A stretch of 64,000 nucleotides of DNA from Candidatus Nanopelagicales bacterium (GTDB taxonomy: Bacteria; Actinomycetota; Actinomycetes; S36-B12; CAIYMF01): positions 28,046-92,045 of the forward strand of contig JAFIHG010000044.1 in assembly GCA_017848795.1 (NCBI GenBank). The letters are read 5' to 3'. The translations under genes and the position numbers were made by a program. Positions 30,567-39,892 of this stretch are shown here, piece by piece. Positions within the stretch are counted from its first letter, which is position 1. Every line of letters begins with the position of its first letter. A model generated the notes under the pieces. The model was given only the letters and a program-made list of their open reading frames with translations. It did not search any database and was not told the DNA's origin.

Positions 30567-32152
30567 CGCGTGGCTCCCTCGGCGAGCAGGTCGAGCGCGG
30601 GGTTGAGGTAGCCGGGGGCCTTGCGGACCACCCCGTCCAGACCGCGTCCGGCATCGGCGGGCCGCTTCATCAGCCCGAACGTGCCGTCGCCGATCGCGGT
30701 GAGCAGCGGCGCGTTGCCGCGGTCGGCGGCGATCCGCTCGAGCAGCTCGACGGCCTCCCCCAGCACCGCCCGCGCGCGGGTGGCGATGAAGCCGTCCGGC
30801 GCCGGACGGAAGTCCTCGCGCAGGTTGCCCGCCGCGTTGCGCACGTACCGGACGTTCTGCAACGCCAGGTCGCGGTCCGACAGCCACGGCGTGACGACCG
30901 CCTCCGTCATCATGCCGACGAGCAGGATGCCCTGGCCGGTCAGCTCGCCGGCCAGGTTGAAGAAGGCGTCGAGCAGGTAGCCGCGGAACACGTCCCCGGT
31001 CATGTGCTTGGTCGGTGGCATCCACTTCAGCGGCGCATCGGGGAACAGCGCGCGGGCGAGCAGCGCGTGGGCGAGCTCGAGCCGGAACGAGTCCGGCAGC
31101 TCCGGGTCGACCTCGAAGGCGTGCCCGAGTCCGAGCTGCCAGTCCGCGAGGCCGGCCTCCTTGGCGAAGTACTCGTTGAGCAGCTGGCTGACCGTGACGG
31201 TGTGGGCGGCCTCGACCGCGTCGGCGGTCGTCAGGTAGTTGTCCTCGCCGGTGTTGATGATGATCCCGGCGCGGGCGTGCACCGCCCGGCTGAAGCGCTG
31301 GTCGACGAAGGTGCGGATCGGGTTGATGTCGCGAAAGAGGATCCCGTACATGGAGTCGTTGAGCATCATGTCGAGCCGCTCCAGCCCGGCGAGCGTGGCG
31401 ATCTCGGGCATGCAGAGCCCGGACGCGTAGTTCGTCAGCCGTACGTAGCGGCGCAGCTCCTTGCTCGTGTCGTCGAGCGCGGCGCGCATCAGCCGGAAGT
31501 TCTCCTGGGTGGCGTACGTCCCGGCGTAGCCCTCCCGGGTCGCGCCCTCCGGCACGTAGTCGAGCAGCGACTGGCCGGTGGAGCGGATCACCGCGATGAC
31601 GTCGGCGCCCTCGCGTGCGGCGGCCTGGGCCTGCGGGATGTCCTCGTAGATGTCGCCGGTCGCGACGATCAGGTAGACCCACGGCGTCGGCGGGTCGCCG
31701 TACCGTCCGATCAGCTTCTCCCGCGTACGGCGGTTGCGGTCGATGCGCCGGAATCCTTGCGCCACAGCGGATCTCGCCCGCCGTGCCGCGGTCCGCGCGG
31801 CGCCGGCGTCCGGCACTCGGAAGGTGACCGACCCGGCCGCCGCCTTCTGGGCGAGGACGGTGAGGTCGTCGCCGCTGCGCGCCATCGCGTCCCAGACCGG
31901 CAGGGCCACGCCGTGCTCGAGCCCGACCTGGTCCCGTACGACGTCCACGAGCCGGTTGGCCCAGGGGATGCCTTCCACGTCGGCTCCGGCGAGCCCCGCG
32001 AGGCGCAGCGTCGCCCGCTCCACCGAGACCGTCGTGTGGGCCTTCGCGATCCGGACCACCGGGCCGCCGACCTTGCGCGCAAGCGCGCGGGCCCGCCGCA
32101 CCGTCGCGGGGTCGAGCGCGAGCTGCTGCGCCGCTGTCGGGATGCGGCTCAT
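30563..32152 (-). CDS. kamD: D-lysine 5,6-aminomutase alpha subunit
   Basis: 529 aa TIM-barrel-size protein. ...YATQENFRLMR...RYVRLTNYASGLCMPEIA...INTGEDNYLTTADA... is consistent with KamD/OraS-type aminomutases and pairs with kamE. Confidence 0.8.
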   Translation of the reverse strand: MSRIPTAAQQLALDPATVRRARALARKVGGPVVRIAKAHTTVSVERATLRLAGLAGADVEGIPWANRLVDVVRDQVGLEHGVALPVWDAMARSGDDLTVLAQKAAAGSVTFRVPDAGAARTAARRARSAVAQGFRRIDRNRRTREKLIGRYGDPPTPWVYLIVATGDIYEDIPQAQAAAREGADVIAVIRSTGQSLLDYVPEGATREGYAGTYATQENFRLMRAALDDTSKELRRYVRLTNYASGLCMPEIATLAGLERLDMMLNDSMYGILFRDINPIRTFVDQRFSRAVHARAGIIINTGEDNYLTTADAVEAAHTVTVSQLLNEYFAKEAGLADWQLGLGHAFEVDPELPDSFRLELAHALLARALFPDAPLKWMPPTKHMTGDVFRGYLLDAFFNLAGELTGQGILLVGMMTEAVVTPWLSDRDLALQNVRYVRNAAGNLREDFRPAPDGFIATRARAVLGEAVELLERIAADRGNAPLLTAIGDGTFGLMKRPADAGRGLDGVVRKAPGYLNPALDLLAEGATR

Positions 32153-33213
32153 CGGGCGGCCTCCTTGGCGATCCTGGTCTCGAACAGTCCCCGTACGCCG
32201 GCATCCTCTCGCAGCAGGTCGAGCGCCAGCTCGGCGTGACCGGGGGTGTAGCCGTTGCCCACCAGCATCGTCACGTCAGCGGCCAGGCCTTCCGCGCCGA
32301 GCGCCGCTGCGGAGAACGACGTCGCCATCGAGAAGAACAGCACGGTGCCCCCGTCCGCGGTCGACAGGATCGCGCCGTGCTCGCAGCCCGGTACGTCGAC
32401 GCAGACGACCGTGATGTCGGCCGGTCCACCCAGGGCGCCGCTCACCGCGGCGGACAGCGCCACCGGGTCGCGCGCGTCGGCGATGACCACGTGCGACGCC
32501 AGTCGGGCGGCGCGCAAGGCGCTCGCTTCGGCTTCGACGGGGACCACGCCGACGGTGTCGCCGGCGCCGGCGCGCCGCGCGGCACACAGCGCCAGCGAGC
32601 CGCTCTTTCCCGCGCCGCCGAGCACCGCGACGGCGGGCGTACGGCCCTCTGCGACGTAGCGCTGCACGACCCGCTGGACGAGGGCGGGTGCACCCGCGAC
32701 GTCCATCACGGCCATCACCAGCTCGGCCGGCAGGTCGCCAGGCACCTTGGCGACGATGGAGCGGGCGAACAGGATCGCGGTGCCGTCGCAGGGCACCTGC
32801 TCGCTGGCCCCGTCCCAGGCGGTGAGGTCGTCCTCGATCCGCAGCGGGGTCAGCGACAGCGACACCAGCGTCGTGACGGGGTCGCCGACCGCGAGGCCGA
32901 GCGGGCTCTCGGCGCCCACCGCCTCCACGACCCCGACGAGCATGCCACCGGAACCGGTGACCGGGTTCTGCATCTTGCCGCGCGTGCGGACGATGTCGAG
33001 TACCTCGGCCCGTACCGCATCGCCGTTCCCGGCGTGCTTCTGGGACAGCTGGCGGAAGCTGGCGGCGTCCAGGTTGAGCCGCTGGACGCGGATCCGGACC
33101 TCCGAGGCGCTGAGCTGCGGGTCCGGGTCGAGCCGCCAGGCCGCCTGCGGCAGCACCCCGACCGGCTCCAGCACCCGGTGCAGGCCGACCGGCGAGTCCG
33201 CGGTCCGCGTCAC
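32149..33213 (-). CDS. kdd: L-erythro-3,5-diaminohexanoate dehydrogenase
   Basis: HRVLEPVGVLPQAAWRLD...LNLDAASFRQL...IVRTRGKMQNPVTGSGGMLVG resembles Kdd as I remember it. It overlaps the kamD start. Confidence 0.75.
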   Translation of the reverse strand: MTRTADSPVGLHRVLEPVGVLPQAAWRLDPDPQLSASEVRIRVQRLNLDAASFRQLSQKHAGNGDAVRAEVLDIVRTRGKMQNPVTGSGGMLVGVVEAVGAESPLGLAVGDPVTTLVSLSLTPLRIEDDLTAWDGASEQVPCDGTAILFARSIVAKVPGDLPAELVMAVMDVAGAPALVQRVVQRYVAEGRTPAVAVLGGAGKSGSLALCAARRAGAGDTVGVVPVEAEASALRAARLASHVVIADARDPVALSAAVSGALGGPADITVVCVDVPGCEHGAILSTADGGTVLFFSMATSFSAAALGAEGLAADVTMLVGNGYTPGHAELALDLLREDAGVRGLFETRIAKEAAR

Positions 33214-33371
33214 AGCCGCTCCCGTCCTGTCTCATGGGCCTCGACGAGCCCTCTCGTGCAATCTTGCGCGCGAACCCGCGTCTGGCACGCAAGGTCTGGG
33301 CCAGAATGGCCGAAAGGCCGCAAGTCGTCCACTACCGTGCCATGAGGATCCAAGTCGTGTCAGGAGTCAGC

Positions 33372-34760
33372 ATGACCGAGACCGTCGTCGGTGCCCCACC
33401 CGCTCCCCAGCCCTACTCCTACCGCCGCAGCGCGCTCCACGAGCCGGACTGGCGCCGGTTCCCCGGCTGGGCGCAGGTGAGCGGGGAGGAGTGGCGATCC
33501 GCGCAGTGGCAGCGGGCGCACTGCGTGAAGAACGTGGGACAGCTGCAGGCGGTGCTCGGTGACCTGGTGGGCGCCGCCTTCTACGAGGACCTCGCCGCGG
33601 ACGTCGGGGGGCAGGCGACGATGTCGATGCTGCTGCCGCCCCAGATGCTCAACACCATGACCAGCGGCACGGAGCCGAGCGGGGCCGGCTCGCTCACCGA
33701 ACCGATGTACGCCGACCCGGTGCGCCGCTACATGCTGCCCGTCGCGAGCGACCGCCGGACGGACTGGACGAGTCACCCGTACGCTTCCCGGGACTCGTTG
33801 CACGAGCAGGAGATGTGGGCCGTCGAGGGGCTCACCCACCGGTACCCGACGAAGGTGCTGGCCGAGCTGCTCTCGACCTGCCCGCAGTACTGCGGGCACT
33901 GCACCCGCATGGACCTGGTCGGCAACTCCACCCCGACCGTGGACAAGCTGCGGTTCGTGGGCAAGCCGGACACGCGGCTCGCCGACATGCTCGACTACCT
34001 GCGGCGCACCCCAGGCGTACGCGACGTGGTCGTCTCCGGCGGCGACGTGGCGAACCTGCCCTGGCCGCGGCTCGAGGCGTTCGTGGCGGCCTTGCTGGAC
34101 ATCGACAACGTGCGCGACATCCGGTTGGCGAGCAAGGCGTTGATGGGGCTGCCTCAGCACTGGCTCCAGGACGACGTACGCGCGGGCATGGGGCGGCTGG
34201 CGAGCACCGCACGGGCGCGCGGGGTGGGGCTGGCGATCCACACCCACGTCAACGCGGCGCAGTCGGTCACGCCGCTCGTGGCCGAGGCGACCCGGGCGAT
34301 GCTCGACGCCGGCGTGCGCGACGTACGCAACCAGGGCGTGCTGATGCGCGGGGTGAACGCGACGGTCCCGCAGCTGCTGGACCTGTCGTTCACGCTCCTC
34401 GACGGCGCGGGGATCATGCCCTACTACTTCTACATGTGCGACATGATCCCGGCCTCCGAGCACTGGCGGCTCGCGGTCTGGGAGGCCCAGGAGCTGCAGC
34501 ACGGGCTGATGGGCTACCTGCCCGGCTTCGCCACGCCGCGCATCGTCTGCGACGTGCCGTACGTCGGCAAGCGCTGGGTCCACCAGGTGCACGACTACGA
34601 CCGCGAACGCGGAATCACCTACTGGACGAAGAACTATCGGACGGGTATCGAGCACGAGGACCCGGAAGCGCTGACCCGGCAGTACGAGTACTACGACCCG
34701 GTCCACACTCTGCCCGAGTCGGGCCGGCAGTGGTGGCGCACGCACGCCGACCCGACGTGA
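33372..34760 (+). CDS. kamA: Lysine 2,3-aminomutase (radical SAM)
   Basis: Radical-SAM cluster motif CPQYCGHCTRMD and SGGD(V) motif VVVSGGDVANL. About 460 aa, divergent from kdd. Confidence 0.9.
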   Translation: MTETVVGAPPAPQPYSYRRSALHEPDWRRFPGWAQVSGEEWRSAQWQRAHCVKNVGQLQAVLGDLVGAAFYEDLAADVGGQATMSMLLPPQMLNTMTSGTEPSGAGSLTEPMYADPVRRYMLPVASDRRTDWTSHPYASRDSLHEQEMWAVEGLTHRYPTKVLAELLSTCPQYCGHCTRMDLVGNSTPTVDKLRFVGKPDTRLADMLDYLRRTPGVRDVVVSGGDVANLPWPRLEAFVAALLDIDNVRDIRLASKALMGLPQHWLQDDVRAGMGRLASTARARGVGLAIHTHVNAAQSVTPLVAEATRAMLDAGVRDVRNQGVLMRGVNATVPQLLDLSFTLLDGAGIMPYYFYMCDMIPASEHWRLAVWEAQELQHGLMGYLPGFATPRIVCDVPYVGKRWVHQVHDYDRERGITYWTKNYRTGIEHEDPEALTRQYEYYDPVHTLPESGRQWWRTHADPT

Positions 34761-34768
34761 GCTCCCCG

Positions 34769-34838
34769 TTGATCAAGGAGAAGGTGCCCGGTTCGATCTT
34801 GGTTCGATGATCGAAAACGTCACCTTCTCCTTGATCAA
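34769..34838. terminator. Long hairpin with a perfect 18-bp stem and 34-nt loop, between convergent kamA and lrp
   Basis: TTGATCAAGGAGAAGGTG (34769-34786) pairs with CACCTTCTCCTTGATCAA (34821-34838). The region is AT-rich relative to the window. Confidence 0.5.
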
Positions 34839-34849
34839 GTGTTGGGGGA

Positions 34850-35362
34850 TCAAGTGTCGGGGGTCGTGACCGGGCGCTGCTCGTACGGGATGGACAGGAC
34901 CACCGTGGTGCGAGTGGACACGTTCGCCTTCGCGCGGATCTCGGCGAGCAGGCCCTCCAGGTCGGTCGGCGAGGCGACGCGCACCTGCAACAGGTACGAC
35001 TCGTCGCCTGCGACCGAGTAGCAGCCCTCGATCGCGGCGACGTCCTCGAGCAGCGTCGGCGCATTGTCGGGGGCGGCGGGATCGATCGGCTTGATCGCGA
35101 TGAACGCGCAGAGCGGCAGTCCGAGCACCGCAGTGTCGACGACGGCGCGGTACCCGGTGATCACGCCGCGCTGCTCGAGGCGGCGTACCCGCTGATGGAC
35201 GGCGGAGGTCGAAAGCCCGGTCGCCTTGCCCAGGTCGGTGTACGACATCCGCCCGTCGCGCTGCAGCAGCCGGACGATCTGCCGGTCGAGGTCTTCCACG
35301 CGCCCACCTTCCTGCCGTCGGGCGAACGGTACTGAACGCTCCCCCGCCCGCGACCGGGGCAT
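34850..35362 (-). CDS. Lrp/AsnC-family transcriptional regulator
   Basis: LDRQIVRLLQRDGRMSYTDLGKATGLSTSAVHQRVRRLEQRGVI plus a RAM-like C-terminal domain. ATG 35362 lies 1 nt from the ACAD stop; GTG 35299 is an alternative. Confidence 0.85.
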   Translation of the reverse strand: MPRSRAGERSVPFARRQEGGRVEDLDRQIVRLLQRDGRMSYTDLGKATGLSTSAVHQRVRRLEQRGVITGYRAVVDTAVLGLPLCAFIAIKPIDPAAPDNAPTLLEDVAAIEGCYSVAGDESYLLQVRVASPTDLEGLLAEIRAKANVSTRTTVVLSIPYEQRPVTTPDT

Positions 35363-35363
35363 G

Positions 35364-36518
35364 TCAGCCGGTCAACGCGCGACCGATCACCATCCGCTGG
35401 ATCTGGTTGGTGCCCTCGACGATCTGCAGCACCTTGGCCTCGCGCAGGTAACGCTCCACCGGGAAGTCCTCGACGTACCCGTACCCGCCGAGCACCTGCA
35501 CGGCGTCGGTCGTCACGCGCATCGCGGCGTCGGTGGCGAACAGCTTGGCCTTGGCCGCCTCCACCGAGAACGGCAGTCCGGCGTCCTTGCGTCGGGCCGC
35601 CTCGAGGTAGAGCGCGCGGGCCGCGGACACCGCGGTCGCCATGTCCGCGAGCAGGAACTGGATGCCCTGGAAGGACCCGATCGGCCGGCCGAACTGCTCG
35701 CGTTGCGTCGCGTACGAGGCGGCGAAGTCGAGCGCGGACTGCGCCAGCCCGACCGCGCACGCTGCGATCCCGAGCCGGCCGGCGTCGAGCGCCGCCAGCG
35801 CGATCGAAAACCCTTGCCCCTCCTGCCCGAGTCGTCGCTCTGCGGGGACCCGGACACCGTCGAGGATCACCTGTGCCGTACGGGATCCCTTCGCGCCCAT
35901 CTTGCGCTCCGGCTCGCCGAACGACATGCCCGCGAGCTGCCCGGGCGCGAGCAGGCAGGAGATGCCGCGTGGACCGTCGCCCGAGGTCCGCACCAGCAGG
36001 TTGTAGAAGTCCGCAACCCCGCCATGGGTGATCCAGGCCTTGGTGCCCGTCACGACGTAGTCCTCGCCGTCGCGGACCGCGCGGGTCTGCAGGCCGGCGG
36101 CGTCGGAGCCGGACTGCGGCTCGGACAGGCAGTACGCGCCGAGCTGCTCCCCGCCGAGCAGGTCCGCGAGCCAGCGCTGCCGCTGGGCGTCGGTCCCGTA
36201 CTCGGCGAGCGGGAAGCAGGCCAGGGAGTGCACCGACACGCTGATCCCGATCGTCAGCCAGGCGTACGAGAGTTCCTCGAGCACCTGCAGATAGACCTCG
36301 TAGGGCTGGCCACCGCCGCCGTACGCCGGGTCGTACGGCAACGACAGCAGGCCGGCGCGGCCCAGCTTGCGCAGCGCCTCCCGGGGGAAGACCCCCTCGT
36401 GCTCCGCAGCGGCGGCCGCCGGCGCGAGCTCGGCGTCGGCGATCTCGCGGGTCAGCCCCAGCAGCTCGCGCGCCTCCTCGCTCGGCAGCAGCCGCTCCAC
36501 GCTGCTCGCCATCAGCAC
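35364..36518 (-). CDS. Acyl-CoA dehydrogenase (short-chain/butyryl-CoA type)
   Basis: 384 aa. ...CLSEPQSGSDAAGL...WITHGG...QIVEGTNQIQRMVIGR is the typical ACAD pattern. Confidence 0.9.
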   Translation of the reverse strand: MLMASSVERLLPSEEARELLGLTREIADAELAPAAAAAEHEGVFPREALRKLGRAGLLSLPYDPAYGGGGQPYEVYLQVLEELSYAWLTIGISVSVHSLACFPLAEYGTDAQRQRWLADLLGGEQLGAYCLSEPQSGSDAAGLQTRAVRDGEDYVVTGTKAWITHGGVADFYNLLVRTSGDGPRGISCLLAPGQLAGMSFGEPERKMGAKGSRTAQVILDGVRVPAERRLGQEGQGFSIALAALDAGRLGIAACAVGLAQSALDFAASYATQREQFGRPIGSFQGIQFLLADMATAVSAARALYLEAARRKDAGLPFSVEAAKAKLFATDAAMRVTTDAVQVLGGYGYVEDFPVERYLREAKVLQIVEGTNQIQRMVIGRALTG

Positions 36519-37645
36519 ACCACCAGGTCACGTGTCGTGTGGTTCAGGCGTTCGCCCGCCTCGGAACCGCAGACCACGATGTCCTCGATCCGGGCCCCGT
36601 GCCGGCCGGGCAGGTAGATCCCGGGTTCGACGCTGAAGGCCATTCCTGGTTCCAGCGTCTCGGTGTTCCCGCTCACGAGGTAGGGGTCTTCGTGGGTCTG
36701 CAGGCCGATGCCGTGTCCGGTGCGGTGGATGAACTGCGCGCCGTAGCCCGCCTCCGCGATGACGTCCCGGGCTGCGGCGTCGACGCTTTCGGCGCTGACG
36801 CCGGGGCGCACGTGCGCGCACGCCGCGTCCTGGGCGCGGGCCAGGACCGCGTAGTACGCGAGGAAGTCGGCGGGCGGTTCCCCCACGCTGTAGGTGCGCG
36901 TGCAGTCCGAGCAGTACCCGTCCGGCATCGTGCCCCCGATGTCGACGACGACCGGATCGCCGGGCTCGATCACCCGCTCGGAGAGCGCGTGGTGCGGGCT
37001 CGCGCCGTTCGGGCCGCTGCCGACTATGACGAAGTCCACGCTGACGTGGCCGACCTGCAGGATCGCGTCGGCGATGTCCGCGCCGACCTCGCGCTCGGTA
37101 CGCCCCGCACGCAGCCAGCCGGGAACCTGTTCGTGCACTTGGTCGATCGCCGAACCCGCGCGGCGCAGCGCCGCGACCTCGGCCGGGCTCTTGCGCACCC
37201 GCAGCTCGCGCAGCACGGCTCCGGCGAGCACCTGTCGGGCGCCCGGCATCGCCTCGCGCAGCCGCAGCACCTTCTCCGCCCACATGTGGTTGTCGACGCC
37301 GACCACGCCCTCCCGGGCGACCAGCGAGGCGACGAGCGCGTACGGGTCGTCGGTCTCCTCCCAGGTGAGGACCTCCAGGTCGAGCCCGCCGATCGGGCTC
37401 GCCGCGGCGGCCGCCCGCTCGAGCCCGGGCACGACGATCCGGGCCTCGCCGTCGACGGGGATCACGAGCGCGGTCAGCCGTTCGAGCGGCACCGCGTCGT
37501 ACCCGGTCAGGTAGCGCAGGTCCGGGCCGGGCGTCACGACCAGCGCGTCGATGCCGAGTTCGCCGGCGGCGGCGCGGGCACGCGCCAGTCGGTCGGCAAG
37601 GTCGGCGAGCGGCGGATGCGGTGGGATCGCGGCAGCGGCAGGCAT
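36512..37645 (-). CDS. M24-family Xaa-Pro aminopeptidase
   Basis: Creatinase-like N domain plus a pita-bread domain with DIGGTMPDGYCSD, HRTGHGIGL, EPGIY and EDIV metal ligands. Confidence 0.85.
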   Translation of the reverse strand: MPAAAAIPPHPPLADLADRLARARAAAGELGIDALVVTPGPDLRYLTGYDAVPLERLTALVIPVDGEARIVVPGLERAAAAASPIGGLDLEVLTWEETDDPYALVASLVAREGVVGVDNHMWAEKVLRLREAMPGARQVLAGAVLRELRVRKSPAEVAALRRAGSAIDQVHEQVPGWLRAGRTEREVGADIADAILQVGHVSVDFVIVGSGPNGASPHHALSERVIEPGDPVVVDIGGTMPDGYCSDCTRTYSVGEPPADFLAYYAVLARAQDAACAHVRPGVSAESVDAAARDVIAEAGYGAQFIHRTGHGIGLQTHEDPYLVSGNTETLEPGMAFSVEPGIYLPGRHGARIEDIVVCGSEAGERLNHTTRDLVVC

Positions 37646-37806
37646 CCCCCGACCCTAAGCCGGACGAAGGCCGCCCAGCGCGCGCCGCTCGTACGCACCC
37701 GTCCGAGCATGGGTCCGCAGCGGCGTGATCGCTCGGTGCGCCCGGCGGCGGGGTCGGCGGGGTCGGCGCTGTCGGGCATGCTGTGCGCGTGGGCGACGAG
37801 CGACTG

Positions 37807-38727
37807 ATGCTGCTGGACTCGGCGTCGTTGTACTTCCGCGCGTACTACGGGGTGCCGGAGTCAACGGTCGCGCCAGACGGGACACCGGTCAATGCGGTGC
37901 GCGGCTTCCTCGACTTCATCGCCCGGCTCGTGACCGATCACCGCCCCACCCACCTGGTGGCGTGCTGGGACGACGACTGGCGCCCGGCGTTCCGGGTCGC
38001 CGCGATCCCGTCGTACAAGGCGCACCGGGTCGCGGTCGACGTCCCCGACGAGGCGGGGCCCGACGTCGAGGACGTACCGGACACCCTCAGCCCGCAGGTG
38101 CCGGTCATCGCGGACCTGCTGGCGGCGCTCGGGATCGCCCGCGTGGGCTCGCCGGGGTACGAGGCGGACGACGTGATCGGCACGCTCGCGGCTGCGGCGC
38201 GCGGCGCGGTCCTCGTCGTGACCGGCGACCGGGACCTGTTCCAGGTGGTCGACGACACCCGCGGCGTACGCGTGCTCTACACCGCGGCCAGGGGCGTCGG
38301 GAACGCCGAGGTCGTGACCGAGCAGGTCGTCACCGACAAGTACGGCATCCCGGGTCAGGCGTACGCCGACTTCGCGGTGCTTCGCGGCGACCCGTCCGAC
38401 GGGCTGCCCGGGGTGAAGGGCGTGGGCGACAAGACGGCGGCCGGGCTGATCCGCGCGTACGGCTCCCTGCCCGGCGTGATCAAGGCCGCGCTCGACGGCG
38501 ACCCGGGCCTGCGCAGCGGGTTGCGGGACAAGATTCGTGGCGCGCTCGACTACCTCGCGGTCGCCCCCGAGGTCGTACGGGTCGCGACCGACTGCCCGCT
38601 GCCCCCGTACGACCCTCGGCTGCCGAGCGCACCCGCCGACCCGGAGGCGCTCGTGGAGCTCGCCGACCGCTGGAACGTCGGCAACGCAGTCAACCGGGTG
38701 CTCAACGCGCTGCAGCGCGCCACCTGA
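37807..38727 (+). CDS. 5'-3' exonuclease (Pol I N-terminal domain-like, Rv2090-type)
   Basis: MLLDSASLYFRAYYG...NAVRGF...AWDD..RP.FR...YKA.R, GYEADDVIGTLA and GDPSDGLPGVKGVGDKTA motifs. Confidence 0.85.
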   Translation: MLLDSASLYFRAYYGVPESTVAPDGTPVNAVRGFLDFIARLVTDHRPTHLVACWDDDWRPAFRVAAIPSYKAHRVAVDVPDEAGPDVEDVPDTLSPQVPVIADLLAALGIARVGSPGYEADDVIGTLAAAARGAVLVVTGDRDLFQVVDDTRGVRVLYTAARGVGNAEVVTEQVVTDKYGIPGQAYADFAVLRGDPSDGLPGVKGVGDKTAAGLIRAYGSLPGVIKAALDGDPGLRSGLRDKIRGALDYLAVAPEVVRVATDCPLPPYDPRLPSAPADPEALVELADRWNVGNAVNRVLNALQRAT

Positions 38728-38731
38728 ACCC

Positions 38732-38835
38732 GTTGGCGGGTGTGGTGCGCCTCTACCGACACCTCACCCGCCAACGGCCCGGGCCCGGCTCCGGTGGCGG
38801 CTGTCGTGCGCGTATACCGGCACGACACCCGCCAC
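38732..38835. repeat. Two copies (38732-38775, 38793-38835) of a ~44-bp hairpin element GTTGGCGGGTGTGGTG-CGCCTMTACCGN-CACCACACCCGCCAAC
   Basis: Read directly. Each has a 15-16-bp stem and a 12-nt loop. They lie between the convergent exonuclease and DUF559 genes. Confidence 0.85.
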
Positions 38836-38839
38836 AGGG

Positions 38840-39787
38840 TCAGGCAGCGCGGTGTTCGGCCGCGAGCCGGATGCGTGTCAGATGGGCGACGACCCGCTCC
38901 GGGTCCTCGCGCGCCAACAATGCAGGAATGCGTACGACAAGCTTGCCTTCTGCCGCAGCGCCCGCGTCGTTGGCCTGGTCGTCCCAGATCGCGAAGACGT
39001 CAAGGTGCAGCGTGCCGTCCACCTGCAGCACGAGGACGGTGCCGTCGGCGAGGTCGACCTCGAAGTCCCGGCGCCGGCGGTGACCGTCGCCGTCGGTGCC
39101 CGTGACCTGGGAGCGGAGGAGGCCCAGTCCCGCGGCGGCGGCGAGCCGAGCGACGTCCGCCTCGGCCAACGACTCGTGGCCCTTGGCGGCGTCATCGAGG
39201 GCTCTGACGATCGCGCGCCGGTGGCGGATGCGGTGCGTGTCGGCCAGCACCGACCGCAGCTCGTGCGCAGTCGTGAGTCGCTGTTGCACGACGGCGATCA
39301 CCAGGCCCTGCGCCGTACGCCCGCTGGGCTCGGTGCCGGCCGCCTCGATCGCGCAGCGCGCGACCGGCGCGCAGGGCAGCCCCGCGGCAAGGTCGGGTGG
39401 GGGCTCGGGTGGCCGGCGGGTCTCCCGGTAGCGGACCCCCGGCAACCGCGGCGGGTGGGATCCTTTGCGGATCAGCACCATGACCTCGTCGCGGTGCCAC
39501 CCGGTCAGGCCGTACCGCGCGAGACCGGTGAGGCCGGTCAACCAGGCTGCTGACGGCGCGTTGAGGATCGCCAACCAGAGCCGCTGCTCGGGTGCGTACC
39601 AACCGGTCGTGAGGGCGATCACCGCTGGCGCCGCCTCCCGCCAGCGGCGCGCGGCGACCTGCCTCGTCACGTGGTGGGCGCTGACGCCCAGGACAGCGAG
39701 TTGCTCGCGCCGTACCAGGAACGCCTGCCGGCGGGCCAGCTCGCGCAGGCCGGGTACGGAGTCGAGCACGTGGGAACGGCCGGTCAC
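38840..39787 (-). CDS. AbiEi-like HTH + DUF559 (Vsr-like endonuclease fold) protein
   Basis: This is the C-terminal ~315 aa of ORF 38840..40819. N-terminus: LRELARRQAFLVRREQLAVLGVSAHHVTRQVAARRW. C-terminus: DFEVDLADGTVLVLQVDG...VVRIPALL is DUF559-like. GTG 39787 was chosen. Confidence 0.7.
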   Translation of the reverse strand: MTGRSHVLDSVPGLRELARRQAFLVRREQLAVLGVSAHHVTRQVAARRWREAAPAVIALTTGWYAPEQRLWLAILNAPSAAWLTGLTGLARYGLTGWHRDEVMVLIRKGSHPPRLPGVRYRETRRPPEPPPDLAAGLPCAPVARCAIEAAGTEPSGRTAQGLVIAVVQQRLTTAHELRSVLADTHRIRHRRAIVRALDDAAKGHESLAEADVARLAAAAGLGLLRSQVTGTDGDGHRRRRDFEVDLADGTVLVLQVDGTLHLDVFAIWDDQANDAGAAAEGKLVVRIPALLAREDPERVVAHLTRIRLAAEHRAA

Positions 39788-39892
39788 GCCGCCACCGTGC
39801 TGGCCGGTCGCACGCTGCGCGACCGGCGCCGGCGAGGCTGTGGACAGCGCGACAGGCGCCCGGCCTGTGGACAAGCTGCACGCCCGGGCTTC

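Noticed and set aside
33214-33371. Cobalamin or lysine riboswitch in the kdd / kamA divergent region
   Set aside because: I looked for a B12 box (AGYCMGGAGACCKGCC-like) and for lysine-riboswitch conserved segments and found neither. The region is more likely an ordinary divergent promoter, possibly Lrp-controlled.
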